Source: Octopus vulgaris (taxonomy: Eukaryota). From it: DNA of 64,000 nucleotides. The stretch is from NCBI GenBank assembly GCA_951406725.2, contig OX597814.1:53940001-54004000 (forward strand), written 5' to 3'. Each line of letters begins with the position of its first letter. Within the stretch, counting starts at the first letter, position 1. The position numbers and the translations under genes are program-made. Below are positions 1 through 25,392 of the stretch, in pieces. Under the pieces are notes generated by a model that saw only the letters and a program-made list of their open reading frames with translations, did not search any database and had not been told where the DNA came from.

Positions 1-462
1 GGCTGAACAGTTTCGAAATATAAAGAGAGGTGGCAGGGGACCGATGACAAGCAAACTTTCAACGTCACTTCATCAGCTATTAACTGGAGGCCACAAAGGT
101 ATGAGCATCTTCCGATATCATTGCTCTTTTGAGTGGTGCTGAGCAGTATTGATACCACAAGAGAATATCCTTGTTATTCTGACTGAAACTACAACACGGT
201 TCTCGCCACCGTTATCCTTGGAACCAACACAATAACCAATGTACAAGTGTAACTATTCCAACTGCACAGCAACTAACTTGCTTTGCTATTTGCAGAAGAT
301 ATGGTTTATTTTTGCTGGGTTTTTTTTATTTGTTTTGCTCTCGGCGCTGGTATTTTTTCTCACATGCCTCTACCATATCCACGATGAAACATTTTGTTTT
401 TCTATCTCATATTCGTTGAATTACTGTTTGTGACTCTTCATAAGTATAGTGTTTGCCAAATA

Positions 463-645
463 GGACATTGTCAATCCAGCTACAAACCCATGGCATTCTA
501 CCTGTGTTGGAAGCACTGTACACTGTCATCCTTGTGCCTCCCACAATTCTCTAAAGCCATCATATTTTAGAATCTCTCTCTCATGGTCCCATTCTATCTC
601 ACCTTTCCAAGGTACCATCAACTCAACAATCAAGACTTTGCTTTG
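463..645 (-). mobile_element. Decayed restriction-like endonuclease (RLE) end of an early-branching non-LTR retrotransposon (Hero/R4/NeSL type)
   Basis: Minus strand reads KVLIVELMVPWKGEIEWDHEREILKYDGFRELWEAQG*QCTVLPTQVECHGFVAG. This fits the RLE C-terminal pattern ELTVPWE..AHERK..KY..L....GW.....PVEVGCRGF. One in-frame stop. Confidence 0.65.
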
Positions 646-2070
646 TTATTACGGTAGGGGTGATTCGAAACTTAACTGCTAAGTAGCCGGTCAAACACCA
701 CAGCCGAACCGCAGTAGTTTCATGTGATCTGTCTATTAAATCAGTGGAAAGCTGTTGCGTGATTCAATCTTCTAGAATATTCTTCTTGTTCCCAATAAAA
801 GTGCTGCTTTTTTGGGGGGACCTATACTCTTGTCACATCAGTCGGCCAGGCAGACAACCAAGACAGACAGCTCATATAAATATCAAAGAACATCTGTCGC
901 GTTGAAGATAGCACAATTGTTTTCAAATATGTTGGACAAACCGCATACACCAACGATACATAAACTTTCAGGTCTCTCTAGCCCTGTTCTTTTTTATTGA
1001 CAAGAGACGGAAGTACATCACAAATCGCTCTTAGGAGTAATTGCAACCCGGATACATTCTTATTTTATTTTACAGCATTAAAATATAAAAACTGCACAAT
1101 ACACTATAGTGTTAGGCGTAGGCAACTTCATGAACTTCTGTCACATATAATTAAACAGGATTAAACATGTAGACACAAAGCTTTCATTCAATTATTCACA
1201 CACGTGCACCTTGTATATCCTTCAAATCACACTGAACTATCTTATACGGTATACATATATCTGTTTGAATTTCTGAGATGGGAAATTATTATTACTATAC
1301 ACATATATTCGGATGAGTGTTCCCATTTTGGGTGTAGTTACAACGTTTTGGCCAGTGTAACTCCGGCCTTTTTCAGTTGTCTTTCATATTCGATAACATA
1401 CTCGAAATTTCGAACCAAACCCATTATTAAATTCAGGGTGTAGATTGTTCTCATTCAGATGTACATACAATGGATATTCTGTTATTTGAGATGTAGCATA
1501 TTCATTCTACTTGAACCAGAATATATATACTATTTAGATAACCCAGGGTCTAAATTCATGTTCCTTAGCACTCCCTCCCTCAGACAATCGTATTAGCTTT
1601 GTTTTTGCCCCGGCAAAATTGACTGTCAGCTATCTCAAATCATGCAACATGTTAAGTTGATTGAGAAATATTGTGACAATATCTATTTGTACCAGTTTAA
1701 ATAAACATACGTTATCTAATAGCTCTTTACTACTAGCATTATCTGCTTGAACACGTTTGATTCCAGAAACAAGAAAATATGTACACGTTACCATTTGTCT
1801 TAGGGGAGAAGCCAGTGTCTGTTACCCTTAAGTTTTTTCAGAGCTTTCAAAACTTGTAGAGCGAAATTCTTCTCAAATTGGAGATCGGGCCCAAGTACTT
1901 GTAACAAAGTAGACTCCATCCCAAGGACTAGGCAGTGATGTTAAACACCAAAAGCATTGGCTTACCTCTTCAGGTACAGAGCTGCAATCTCACTGACTTT
2001 TCCAGACTAATCTTTACTCCGTATTAGTAGGTAGGCATCCACTTATTTAAAAAAAAAAAATGATGCTCCT

Positions 2071-2888
2071 TGTAACACTATAGTGTATTGTGCAGGTCGT
2101 GGTCTCACGAGGTGAAACTATCTAATAACGACTCCGTTCAGAAGGCTGGAATAATACATATAATGTGCCAGTGAGGAAAAGAGAAAGAAACACAACCGAA
2201 TAGAATGTTTAAGAGAGTTTTATTGATATTTTAACATGTGTCTGTGTATGCGTCATGTATACAGAATAATAGACAGTCTGTCACGAGAACAAAGTGTGTG
2301 TGTGTGTGTGTGTATAGGTATGGATGTATGCATGTGCGTTAAGTACTTATAAGAACCATAATGAAGGAAACAGTGAGAAAGTCTATAATGAGAAGTTAGA
2401 CGAATATTCATAGACACAAGAATGAGAAATATCAGTTTCGTAGTCAATTGTACACGGCAGTTGAAATACTGTATCAAGAAGTTGTGGCAATGATGCAGAG
2501 CTGGTTGCAGTACATTTCGTACGAAGTTGTGGCTATAATGCTACTGTCTGGGTCACTTGTACAGGAGTTCTCGCAGGTTGTATGTTTGCTGTTAACCATG
2601 GTGAAGTAATTCACAAACAGTGCTGTGTTAGAAGCTGTGCAGTGTTGCTTGAGCTGTGTACGTTAAGATGATGGTGGCGACGAAGAAAGAGATTACCGTA
2701 ATGCTGTTGGACAGGTGTTGTCGTCTGGCTCGCAGGTTGTGTTGTTGCTGTTGGTCCATGGTGAAGTAATTCACGAACAGTACTGTATTGAAACCTGGGC
2801 GTGTTGCTGTTGGACGGATGTTGTCGCTGGAACTAGCTGTGTCTTGTGTGGTCAGTGGCTAGACGTTACAAGGTCTGGAACCGAAGAA
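2071..2888 (-). mobile_element. 5'-truncated LTR (R-U5 part) of family A, same family as 6494-7429 and 63712-64000
   Basis: Reverse complement aligns by eye with ~6765-7330 (e.g. ctgtttgtgaattacttcacc, acaacctgcgaga, gccacaacttcttg, aataaaac..tctctta). Ends in TGTTACA at 2071. Internal ~160-bp-period duplication (2570-2640 vs 2730-2810). The U3/TATA part is missing and the LINE 3' end sits in its place. Confidence 0.75.
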
Positions 2889-3045
2889 TTTATTTACCTA
2901 TAAAGGTATACATAGAGGGGACACCACAAGAGACGAACACTTACATTCTTACAAATGGTTTGGGTTACAATGAAATGGGGAAAATCGGATAAAAGGATGA
3001 AATAAAATTATATACAATTAAAAGTTTATAAAATAATGTTCCGGG

Positions 3046-4978
3046 TTATTTTTCATGGTTAACCCGCCAGTTTTTTTCTCTTTTGGTTTTTTTTCTTTCT
3101 TGCCCGGCTATGCTAGCACGGCCCCATTCATCCTCAGCTTCCTTACTACAGACATCCATATTTTTCCGAACGTAGTTTGCGACAGGTACCTTTTCTTCAA
3201 ACGGATCTTTCTCAACAAATGGAAATTGAAATAACTTACCAACCCGTGTCCGGAGATGAAATGACTTATCCCAATCCCTTTCGCTCGTGTCGTCCATACT
3301 GTTTCTTTCAATTTGGCTGCTATGCAGAAAAAAAGATGCCTTCTTTTCCTTGTTGAAGGAAGAAGGCGGTACGATCTTAATCATGGACTCACTCGAGAGC
3401 CGTACTCTTTCTGCATCTGACATCAGTTATTCAACATAGGCTATCAACTCCCTCAACTCCTCAAAGTGTATGAAGGCGTGCGCGACAGTTTCACTGACGC
3501 GGCCGCACCTCGGGCATGTGGGAGAGGTGTCAAAACCGTGTCTAGACAACCTCTCTCGAACCGGTAAGGTCGATCGGTAGCACAACCAGGCCAAGGCTTT
3601 CTGGAAGTTATCCAGATACCTCGGCCAGAATGTCCTTCAGAACAGGTTGGTCAGTTGCTCCTCATCGAAGCCCAGAGTCTCCCCCAGGACATCGTCGGAC
3701 TTATGCTCTGCCAACCCTTTATAAAAATCCGCAGTGGTAACCTCGCTGCCGGTATTGCTCACCCGAGAGAACAGAGTGAGTGCTTGTCGGCACTCCTTCT
3801 GCCATCCTCCCATCCTAGGTCTCCGCTTGATCCATGTATCTAAGTCCCTGAGGGACTTCAGTTGTGGAAAGAGTTGCTTGGCATGCGGTGACCACACCTG
3901 CTCACCATCCAGATAGCACCAGAGATGTCTCAGCCTCAGCGCGTACATGCACATCATCAGCCAAGGCACCCCCAGTCCAGCCTTTAACGGTTTTTGACAG
4001 CAGATGGAGCGCCTCACAAGTGGCGATTTCCCTTTCCACAAAAAGCGGAAAAGGATCCGTTCCAACTTGGTCAGCCACAAACCGGGGCAAGGCACGACAG
4101 TTAGGCGGTAGGTTATCACCGATGCTATAAACACCTGTGCAACCTCGACCCTTCCTAGTAAAGATAACGTCATCCCAGACCAGGTCTGGGTTATGGCCGT
4201 CATTTTACTCGCCACTTCGCTCCAGTTTTTCTCCACCTGAAGATCTGGTCCAAACCAGATTCCGAGCAATTTAACCGAGCCCTGCGTCCAGCGTCCGACC
4301 ATGCTGTTGAGAGGCATCGACTTGCCGCGCCAGGTGCCGAGTTGCAAGCCGACTGATTTCTCCTAGTTAATTTTTGTCCCTGCCACCTGATAGATCCGTC
4401 GTTATTTGACCAATTCCACATTGGAACGCTCGGATTATCAAGTCTGTATCGATCTGCCAGCCTAAATCGCTTCAGCAAATCGATGAAGCGTGAGTTACAC
4501 TTCCTAACATTCGAGCCTGCGCTATCCAGGCATGTATCCAGAATAGCGTTAAAATCACCTGGCAAAACTATTGTCCTAGATGTCACAAGAAAGTTCTCCA
4601 GGCGTCGATAGAACTCATCCCGTTTGCCTAGCGTGCTGGGCGCGTGGATGCCAACCAACCTGAAGGCCTTACCTCTGTATGTCAGATCCAGAACGACCGA
4701 TTCGCCTTCTGGGTCCACGAAGATCGTACGTGTCTGCAGAGCCAAACTTTTCCGGAGCAAAACTACAACACCTCTACTCCACCACGCTTCTGGCTAGGAG
4801 ACATGATTTTCTCATAGCCATTTAGGAGAGTTTAGAAGGCCTGCAGTTTGTCCAGCCTGGTCTCTGTAGCAACCATAATATCAATTCTATGTGACCCGAG
4901 ATCGTCGAGGAAGCAAGCCTGCTTCTTCTTCGAACCCAGGCTACGGACATTTAAACATGCAATGCATAGCGTAGCCAT
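3046..4978 (-). pseudogene. Tx1 ORF2 pseudogene (endonuclease joined to RT C-terminus; RT core with YADD deleted near 4390)
   Basis: The endonuclease motif WNWSNNDGSI is directly followed, in another frame, by YQVAGTKIN*EKSVGLQLGTWRGK. No QG/YADD motifs are present. Confidence 0.82.
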
Positions 4979-5648
4979 ATCAAACACAAAAAAGAAAGAA
5001 ATTCGAGCTTACCTGCTCATTCATCTTTCGAGGGGGATTATTCTCAGTATTTCTGAGACAAGTCCCGCCCCTCCTTTCTTTCATACAAAAATGGTTCTAC
5101 TGGCGGGTTAAATACTTTAGGCAGTTCTTTCAGTTCTGTTGTCTCTTTTGGATGTCTACTTTTAAGTTTGTTGTATAATTTTCGAGCAATTTTCCCAATG
5201 TTACTGGGCTCATCTTATTGTCGTTGACATATAGGGATGTTTTGTGGTGAGGTCCAGTGACCCCATCCAGGTATTTGTTGTTTTTGTAAACGATTGTCGT
5301 AGTGTCCTCTCTTTCAGGAATATCGATTGTCTCCGACATAAACTTATTTTCTTTCTTTTTTTTCCTTTTCCTTCAGTTCAGGTTTCTTAACTATTTTGGT
5401 TTTTGGAGCCGCCTCCTGTGAATTGGTGGGCGACTCCAATCTCTTGGTTCACTTACGTGACACCGTCTGGAAGTACATATTTTCAGTAGACGGTGTCACA
5501 ACAAACTCTAGCTTCTCGGGGTTTTCCTCACTAATGGAAGCGGTTGGTAGCTGTGTAATGGCCTCCTGGTCCAGAAGCGCTGTCTCTTTACTTTTCCCCT
5601 TGGAGTCATTTTTACTGGTAGAGGCGGTCGTTCGCTGTGTAATGGCCT

Positions 5649-6447
5649 TGTAACGATAAATATGATTAGGTACTCAATATTATGAAATGTCGGAGTCAGC
5701 AGTTGTAACGATAAGTATTTGTTGTTATGACGGCAAGTTGTAAGATGTGAAAGATGGACAATGCATGAAACTTTAAGGAAATATTTATTTACCGTTACGT
5801 TACAATACCTTGCCTCGACGGGCAGGTTATAATAAATTCAAAAGCATTCGAAGTTAAGTTTGTGTTTGTGTCCTCTTCATTGTTTAGTAGTAATTACAGA
5901 GAGAGAGAGAATGATGTTGTAAGAGAACAGAATTAGAGCTAGTGAAAGTTGCAGGGTTGTGGGACGTTGCTGACAGTAAATTTCATTTCTCTCGCTGACC
6001 GGGTCTTTAGTAGCTGCATTCCTTGTGATCATGATTCTAGCAGTCCGTTCTCTAACTAATTGAGTCGTCACTAGCCGCCTCGCTCAGTTATCGCCAAGTG
6101 ACTACTTGGTTGAGTCGTCACCATGTGACTGGACTCGTTGAGTCGTCACCCACTGATTTTTGCTTGGGGTATTCTTGCTTTTATAACTCTCCAGAAGGAT
6201 AGATATACCATTAAGAACTATAGATTTAGTTGGTGGTTTTGTTATCTCTATTCTAGCTTTTGGTGAAGTAGAAGAGGTTAGAAAGTGGTGAAGACATTAT
6301 TTCGGCCTAGCTAAAGACATCTGGAAAATGTAAAACTGCTGTCAGAGAAAAACCATTGTTCCACTGTGGGAAAAGTTCTGTTGAAGTGTTAACTTAAATT
6401 TGACTATGGTGGATCGAATCCACTTCATGCATGCAAGATCTACTACA
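5649..6447 (-). mobile_element. Solo LTR, family B (799 bp), Gypsy-like 4-bp TSD
   Basis: Termini TGTA...TACA. Perfect TSD GCCT (5645-5648 / 6448-6451). Minus-strand TATAAAA at 6185-6179 and AATAAA at 5789-5784. Three TGAGTCGTCAC motifs at 6061, 6111 and 6139. Confidence 0.85.
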
Positions 6448-6493
6448 GCCTTCTTGGCCAGAAGTGCTGCCTCTTTACTTATCCCCTTGGAGT

Positions 6494-7429
6494 TGTAGCG
6501 TACATTAATGAAATTCTCTCTCTCTCTGACATATATAACATAAATACGGACGTAGCAGATATCGGCTAGACTTCGGCCGTTTGGACCTTGTTGTGTCCAC
6601 TACTCTGATTGGTTGGTATTGGCGCAATGTCTCTTACTCTAATACGCACCAAGGTGCAACCCAACCAATCGCAGCCTTCTGATAAGGTCCCGTGACACAG
6701 TCTTCTAAATCTCCGTTGGAGCCTCCTAGTCCCTATAAAAGCTAGTTACAACAACCGTATTTCGTCACAGCCAGTTCCAACGACAACCACACCAGCAGCT
6801 CACATGCAAACTCAACTTCGTCCAGCAGCATTCAGGACCTCCATCTCTGTCGCCTCCGTCCTCTTTACGACGCCAACAACATCTCTACGTACACAGCAAA
6901 ATCGCTCAGGTTCAACTCCTCACTGTTTGTGAATTACTTCACCGTGGTTTACAGAAAGTACAACCTGCGAGATCTTCCTGTATCAAGTGACCGGCAGCGG
7001 CATAGTAGCCACAACTGCTTACATGACATGTGCTTCAACCAGCTCTGCTTCTACGCCACAACTTCTTGTTACAGAACTATTTGTACCTGGCTATGAACTG
7101 GTGTCTATCATCATGTGTGAACTTCTTCTGGCGTCCTATTATAAATTCTTTCTATGCTCATCTCACACGCATACATCCTTGTTTGTACACACATACACAT
7201 TATGTATGCATGGTGGCCTATTATTATTATTATTATATATGTACTTATGTCACACACACGTTAACACCTAAATAAAACCGTTCTCTTAACATTCTACGGT
7301 TGTGTTGTTTTTTTTTTCCTTCTGGCACTCATACTCATTTATCTATATTGCTTTTATTGTAAGTGACCATGCAGTGTATTAAAAGGAGTCATTCATTCGT
7401 CACCTCTACTTTCGCACAGTTGTTCTACA
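6494..7429 (+). mobile_element. Solo LTR, family A (936 bp), 4-bp TSD
   Basis: Termini TGTAG...CTACA. TSD GAGT (6490-6493) / GGGT (7430-7433), one mismatch. CCAAT boxes, TATAAAA at 6734-6740, AATAAA at 7271-7276. Homologous copies at 2071-2888 and 63712-64000. Confidence 0.85.
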
Positions 7430-8460
7430 GGGTCATCTTTACTGGTGGATGCAGTCGCTCGCTGTGTAACAGCCTCCTCGACCAGAAATACCGCCTCTTT
7501 ACTTTTCCCCTTGGGTTCGTCTTTACTGGTAGAGGTGGTCTCCCACTGTGTCACAACCTCCATGGCTGGGGGGACCGTCTCTTTGTTTTTCTCTTCTTCT
7601 TCCTCCTCTGCTTCCTTGTCTTTTTTTGTTTGTTTTTTTTTTTTTGGTGGGGCATTTTGACCTCAGGTGCCCTTTTATTCCACATTGAAAGCATTTGGAT
7701 CTTCTCCCCTCCACATGGACTGTCAGTATTGACTCCTCTATGTGTATCGTTTCAGGTAGACCTTCCAAATCCAGATTTCTCACTTGTGCCAGGATCCCCA
7801 TTTTGACCCCGCCAATTCTGTGGGGCGTCTCTGGAGATCTGAATAATATTTATTTTGTCCTCTCTCTTGTAGAGGAGTGTGGCAACAATCCATGCTACCT
7901 CCACCTCTCATGGGGATGTTCGTAACCCTTATCCGAGACATTCTGCATCCCAAATATAGAGACAGTAGCATGACGTTGCCACATAGCAAAGTTCAAGTTG
8001 AGAATTCTCTTGCCTTCTCAATTGATTTGAACCTTGCTTCGATGGTCGCGTACCTTGTGCCTCGGGCTAGGTATTTTATTTTGTTCATCACCGGCCCAAG
8101 ACACCTTTCATCTGTGCTTTCCTCCAAATATTCCAGCATCTTCTTTTCCACATCATATATTTTATATATAATGGTCTTCTCCTTCATCTTGTTTCTTATT
8201 TCACTTGGGGGTGTTATCTTACTTTCACCGTTTTCTTTGGTGATCATACCATATTATGCTCGTATATCCTCCATCTTTAAAGTAATTGTTTCAAGTCCGC
8301 CAACAGCAGCAGCAAAATTCATTTTTCTTTTTTTTTTTTGTCCTTCTTCAGAAGACATTTTTAATATTTTTAAATAAAAATATTTGAAAATTTCACAATT
8401 TTTCTGAACAGGAATGCAGTTCAAAATTAACCGCAAGTGGTAAACACAATTTTTATATCC

Positions 8461-9641
8461 TTCCCCTTTTTATGTGAGAAGCAACTGATTTCATTTTAGA
8501 AACAAAGCCTTTCACTTTTCCAGTCATGGCTGCAGCTCCAACTGATGTAATGTTGATCAAATTAGTCAATGGAATATTTTTATCATTAAAATACTGCATT
8601 ACTTCATTGATCTTCTCCATTAGTAGTTTCAGACAAACTCTTAATGAATAACATTTCTTCCCTTATACCATCTTCATGGATGAATCTGATATAGACCAGA
8701 GGATAGCTTGGTTATGAATTGTGCTATAATCAACCTGGATAGAAAAATTTGTTTTTTAGAGAATTTCTGCAATCTTCTCTTATCTATACAAAATTAGACA
8801 TTTCATCCTGTCTTCTTGTAATTGTACTCAGAGTAGATGCAGCATCTTCTCCCAGAACCTCATTTACACAAGTTATCATAGCAGGCTTGACAAGTTTCTC
8901 ACCACAAATCTGCAACCTTGGCAATAATTTCAGAGACCAAATAGCTTGGTTTGAGTGTCTTAGCTTTTTCAGTATTTATCTTCTTTACAAAGTCAGGTAG
9001 TTTGATTGGCTGTATTTTCTTTTTATTCTCAAAATATTCCCTACCTTTAACAACAGATGATGGATGCCTTAATTTCTGGTGCTGCTACAGCTTAACTTTC
9101 TTCATGGAATGATTTGTCATGATGGCATCACACTCAAGACAGATTTTGAGTCTACAGATACAAAACCAAACATGATAAAATCTTCTTTGGAGTTCCTCAG
9201 TTTTACCTTTTTAGCAGTTGATTCAGACATTATTACAACTGATCTTTAAAAAAAATAAAAATAATAAATACTTTATTTCTATAAATTAAAAGTATTAAAT
9301 TTATTATTAAGCAATATTGTGTAGTGATCTATTAAAAATATCAAATTTATTGTGAAACTGTCGTGATTGTAAAATTTAAATTATGTAATTCTTGATTGTA
9401 ATATATTATTGATTATATATTATACATTATTGATTATGGAATAATTATTGAATTTTATTTTATTATTTATTATTCTGTCTTCATATAACTTCTTATTAAC
9501 TAACAGTGTCTTTATTATCGAACAATATTGTGTAGATCTGAAATGGCTTCAATTTTTTTTATGGTTACAAATTCTCTGGGGACCACTATAAAATTTCTGG
9601 GCACCACTGGTGGGTCGCAGGAACGACGTTGGGAATCATTG
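8461..9641 (-). mobile_element. Buster/Charlie-type hAT DNA transposon, 5' half (ZBED5/FAM200-like transposase pseudogene from ATG 9230)
   Basis: Frameshifted translation MSESTAKKVKLRNSKEDFIMFGFVS..CLEC..MKKVKL..HPS, SYLVSEIIAK..GEKLVKPAM, FSIQVD.ST..YIRFI..EEMLF, GAAAMTGKVKGFVSKMK. The terminus CAATGATTCCCAAC at 9641 is flanked by the 8-mer GTTTAAAC (nnnTAnnn, Buster-type target). Confidence 0.85.
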
Positions 9642-10299
9642 GTTTAAACTATGCTTCAACAAAAACTAGTCAATCAAATTTACATAACAGGACAATTGCT
9701 GATGAAGTGCACAAATTAAATCACTTGCAATATATTACACATTTTTCCCTCCCGATAATCTTAAATGTAGTTTAATGTAATACCACCTATTAAATATACA
9801 ATATTGGCATTGCTGTAAAAAGTAAACAAAATTATTACATCACAGGTTTTAAATAAATTTCTCTCTGAGTAGAAAAAGAGGGATCTATTTGGTAAAAGTT
9901 CTAGCAGAAACTAGTGAAGTCGAACCCACTCTTTCTATCCATAAAGATTTTTAAAAAAACTGTTGTGTAATCTCTTAGCTTACTTTCTTTCCATGACGAA
10001 ATAAAAATTTTATGGTTAATAAAACATTTACTTAATGTTATATGGCATAGCATAACTACATCTGAATTTAAAGTATCTACTGTCGATGTATGAATAAATT
10101 ACATGAGTAAATGTCAGTTAAGAAGCTTATTATTTTTATGGGAAAAAAGTCATCACTTGGTTGGTGCTGAGTAAGTGAAAAAATTGGAAATCAATAATAA
10201 AATATTTTCTAAAATGCTGCATATTTCGTTGAAAATAAATTACTTCTAAAACCGGTGAGAAAAGTAGACGCACTGAAGTATTGTTCTGTCTAAAAGCCA

Positions 10300-10713
10300 G
10301 AGCGAACCAGCCATAGTATTTTGAAATGTTGACGTGTACATAAATAAAAACAACACCGCTGCCTCCGTTCATTGGCCAGTTGTGTAATCTCGTCTCGACG
10401 TTGATTTTAAAAATAAATATTTTAAACACAACTAAATGGTTTTAATTAATAACAATTCATACGGTTATGTAATTTAAATATCTGTCGAAAATTGAAGAAT
10501 TATTTGAAAATATTTGTCATTAAATATAATCTCAGGGCTGCGCTAACGCGAAGTCAGTTGCGAAGCTGGTAGCGTATGACGTATGTAAGATCTTTCATGC
10601 TCTCCTGATACCGTGGTCGGATTTAACGATTCAGTTTCTCGTCTGAGTTCTATTAGGGTTTGGTTATTTCCAACTATTTCATATGGTCTTTTAACGGGAA
10701 CACTTGTTAAACC
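10300..10713 (+). promoter_or_regulatory. SEC61A promoter / 5' UTR region (CpG-retaining) with CRE/UPRE-like and CCAAT motifs
   Basis: TGACGTGT at 10330-10337, ATTGG at 10371-10375 and TGACGTA at 10577-10583. Locally many CpGs. Kozak-like AAACCATGG at 10714. Exact TSS unknown. Confidence 0.55.

Positions 10714-25392
<14,679 letters not shown>

Larger units (their letters stand above)
5551..7560 (-). repeat. 84-bp (28-aa) tandem repeat in Tx1 ORF1, three full units plus a partial fourth, split by the two solo LTRs
   Basis: Unit starts (ctgtgt) at 5551, 5635, 7462 and 7546. Removing both LTRs and one TSD copy of each restores the second unit to exactly 84 bp (14+42+28). Encodes e.g. EVVTQWETTSTSKDEPKGKSKEAVFLVE. 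Confidence 0.85.
2889..8460 (-). mobile_element. Tx1/L1-clade non-LTR retrotransposon, near full span but with RT core deleted and two solo LTRs inserted
   Basis: ORF1 fragments (~8360-5020) include a CCHC knuckle CFQCGIKGHLRSKC. ORF2 starts at ATG 4978 with an APE endonuclease (CLNVRSL..TETR, PGDFNAILD, LADRYR), then the RT tail/thumb (GTKIN*EKS, VKLLGIWFG, LSLLGRV, FRFLWKGK, AGLGVP) and a zf-RVT (CPRCGRVSETVAHAF). A short 3' UTR ends in AATAAA (2894-2889). Multiple stops and frameshifts. Confidence 0.88.

Noticed and set aside
1-460. Possible coding or TE sequence at the window start and in 1140-2040
   Set aside because: I could not identify any motif or terminus reliably, so it is left unassigned.
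7363-8377. Hydrophobic plus-strand ORFs (147 and 166 aa) resembling membrane proteins
   Set aside because: They are antisense shadows of the purine-rich Tx1 ORF1.
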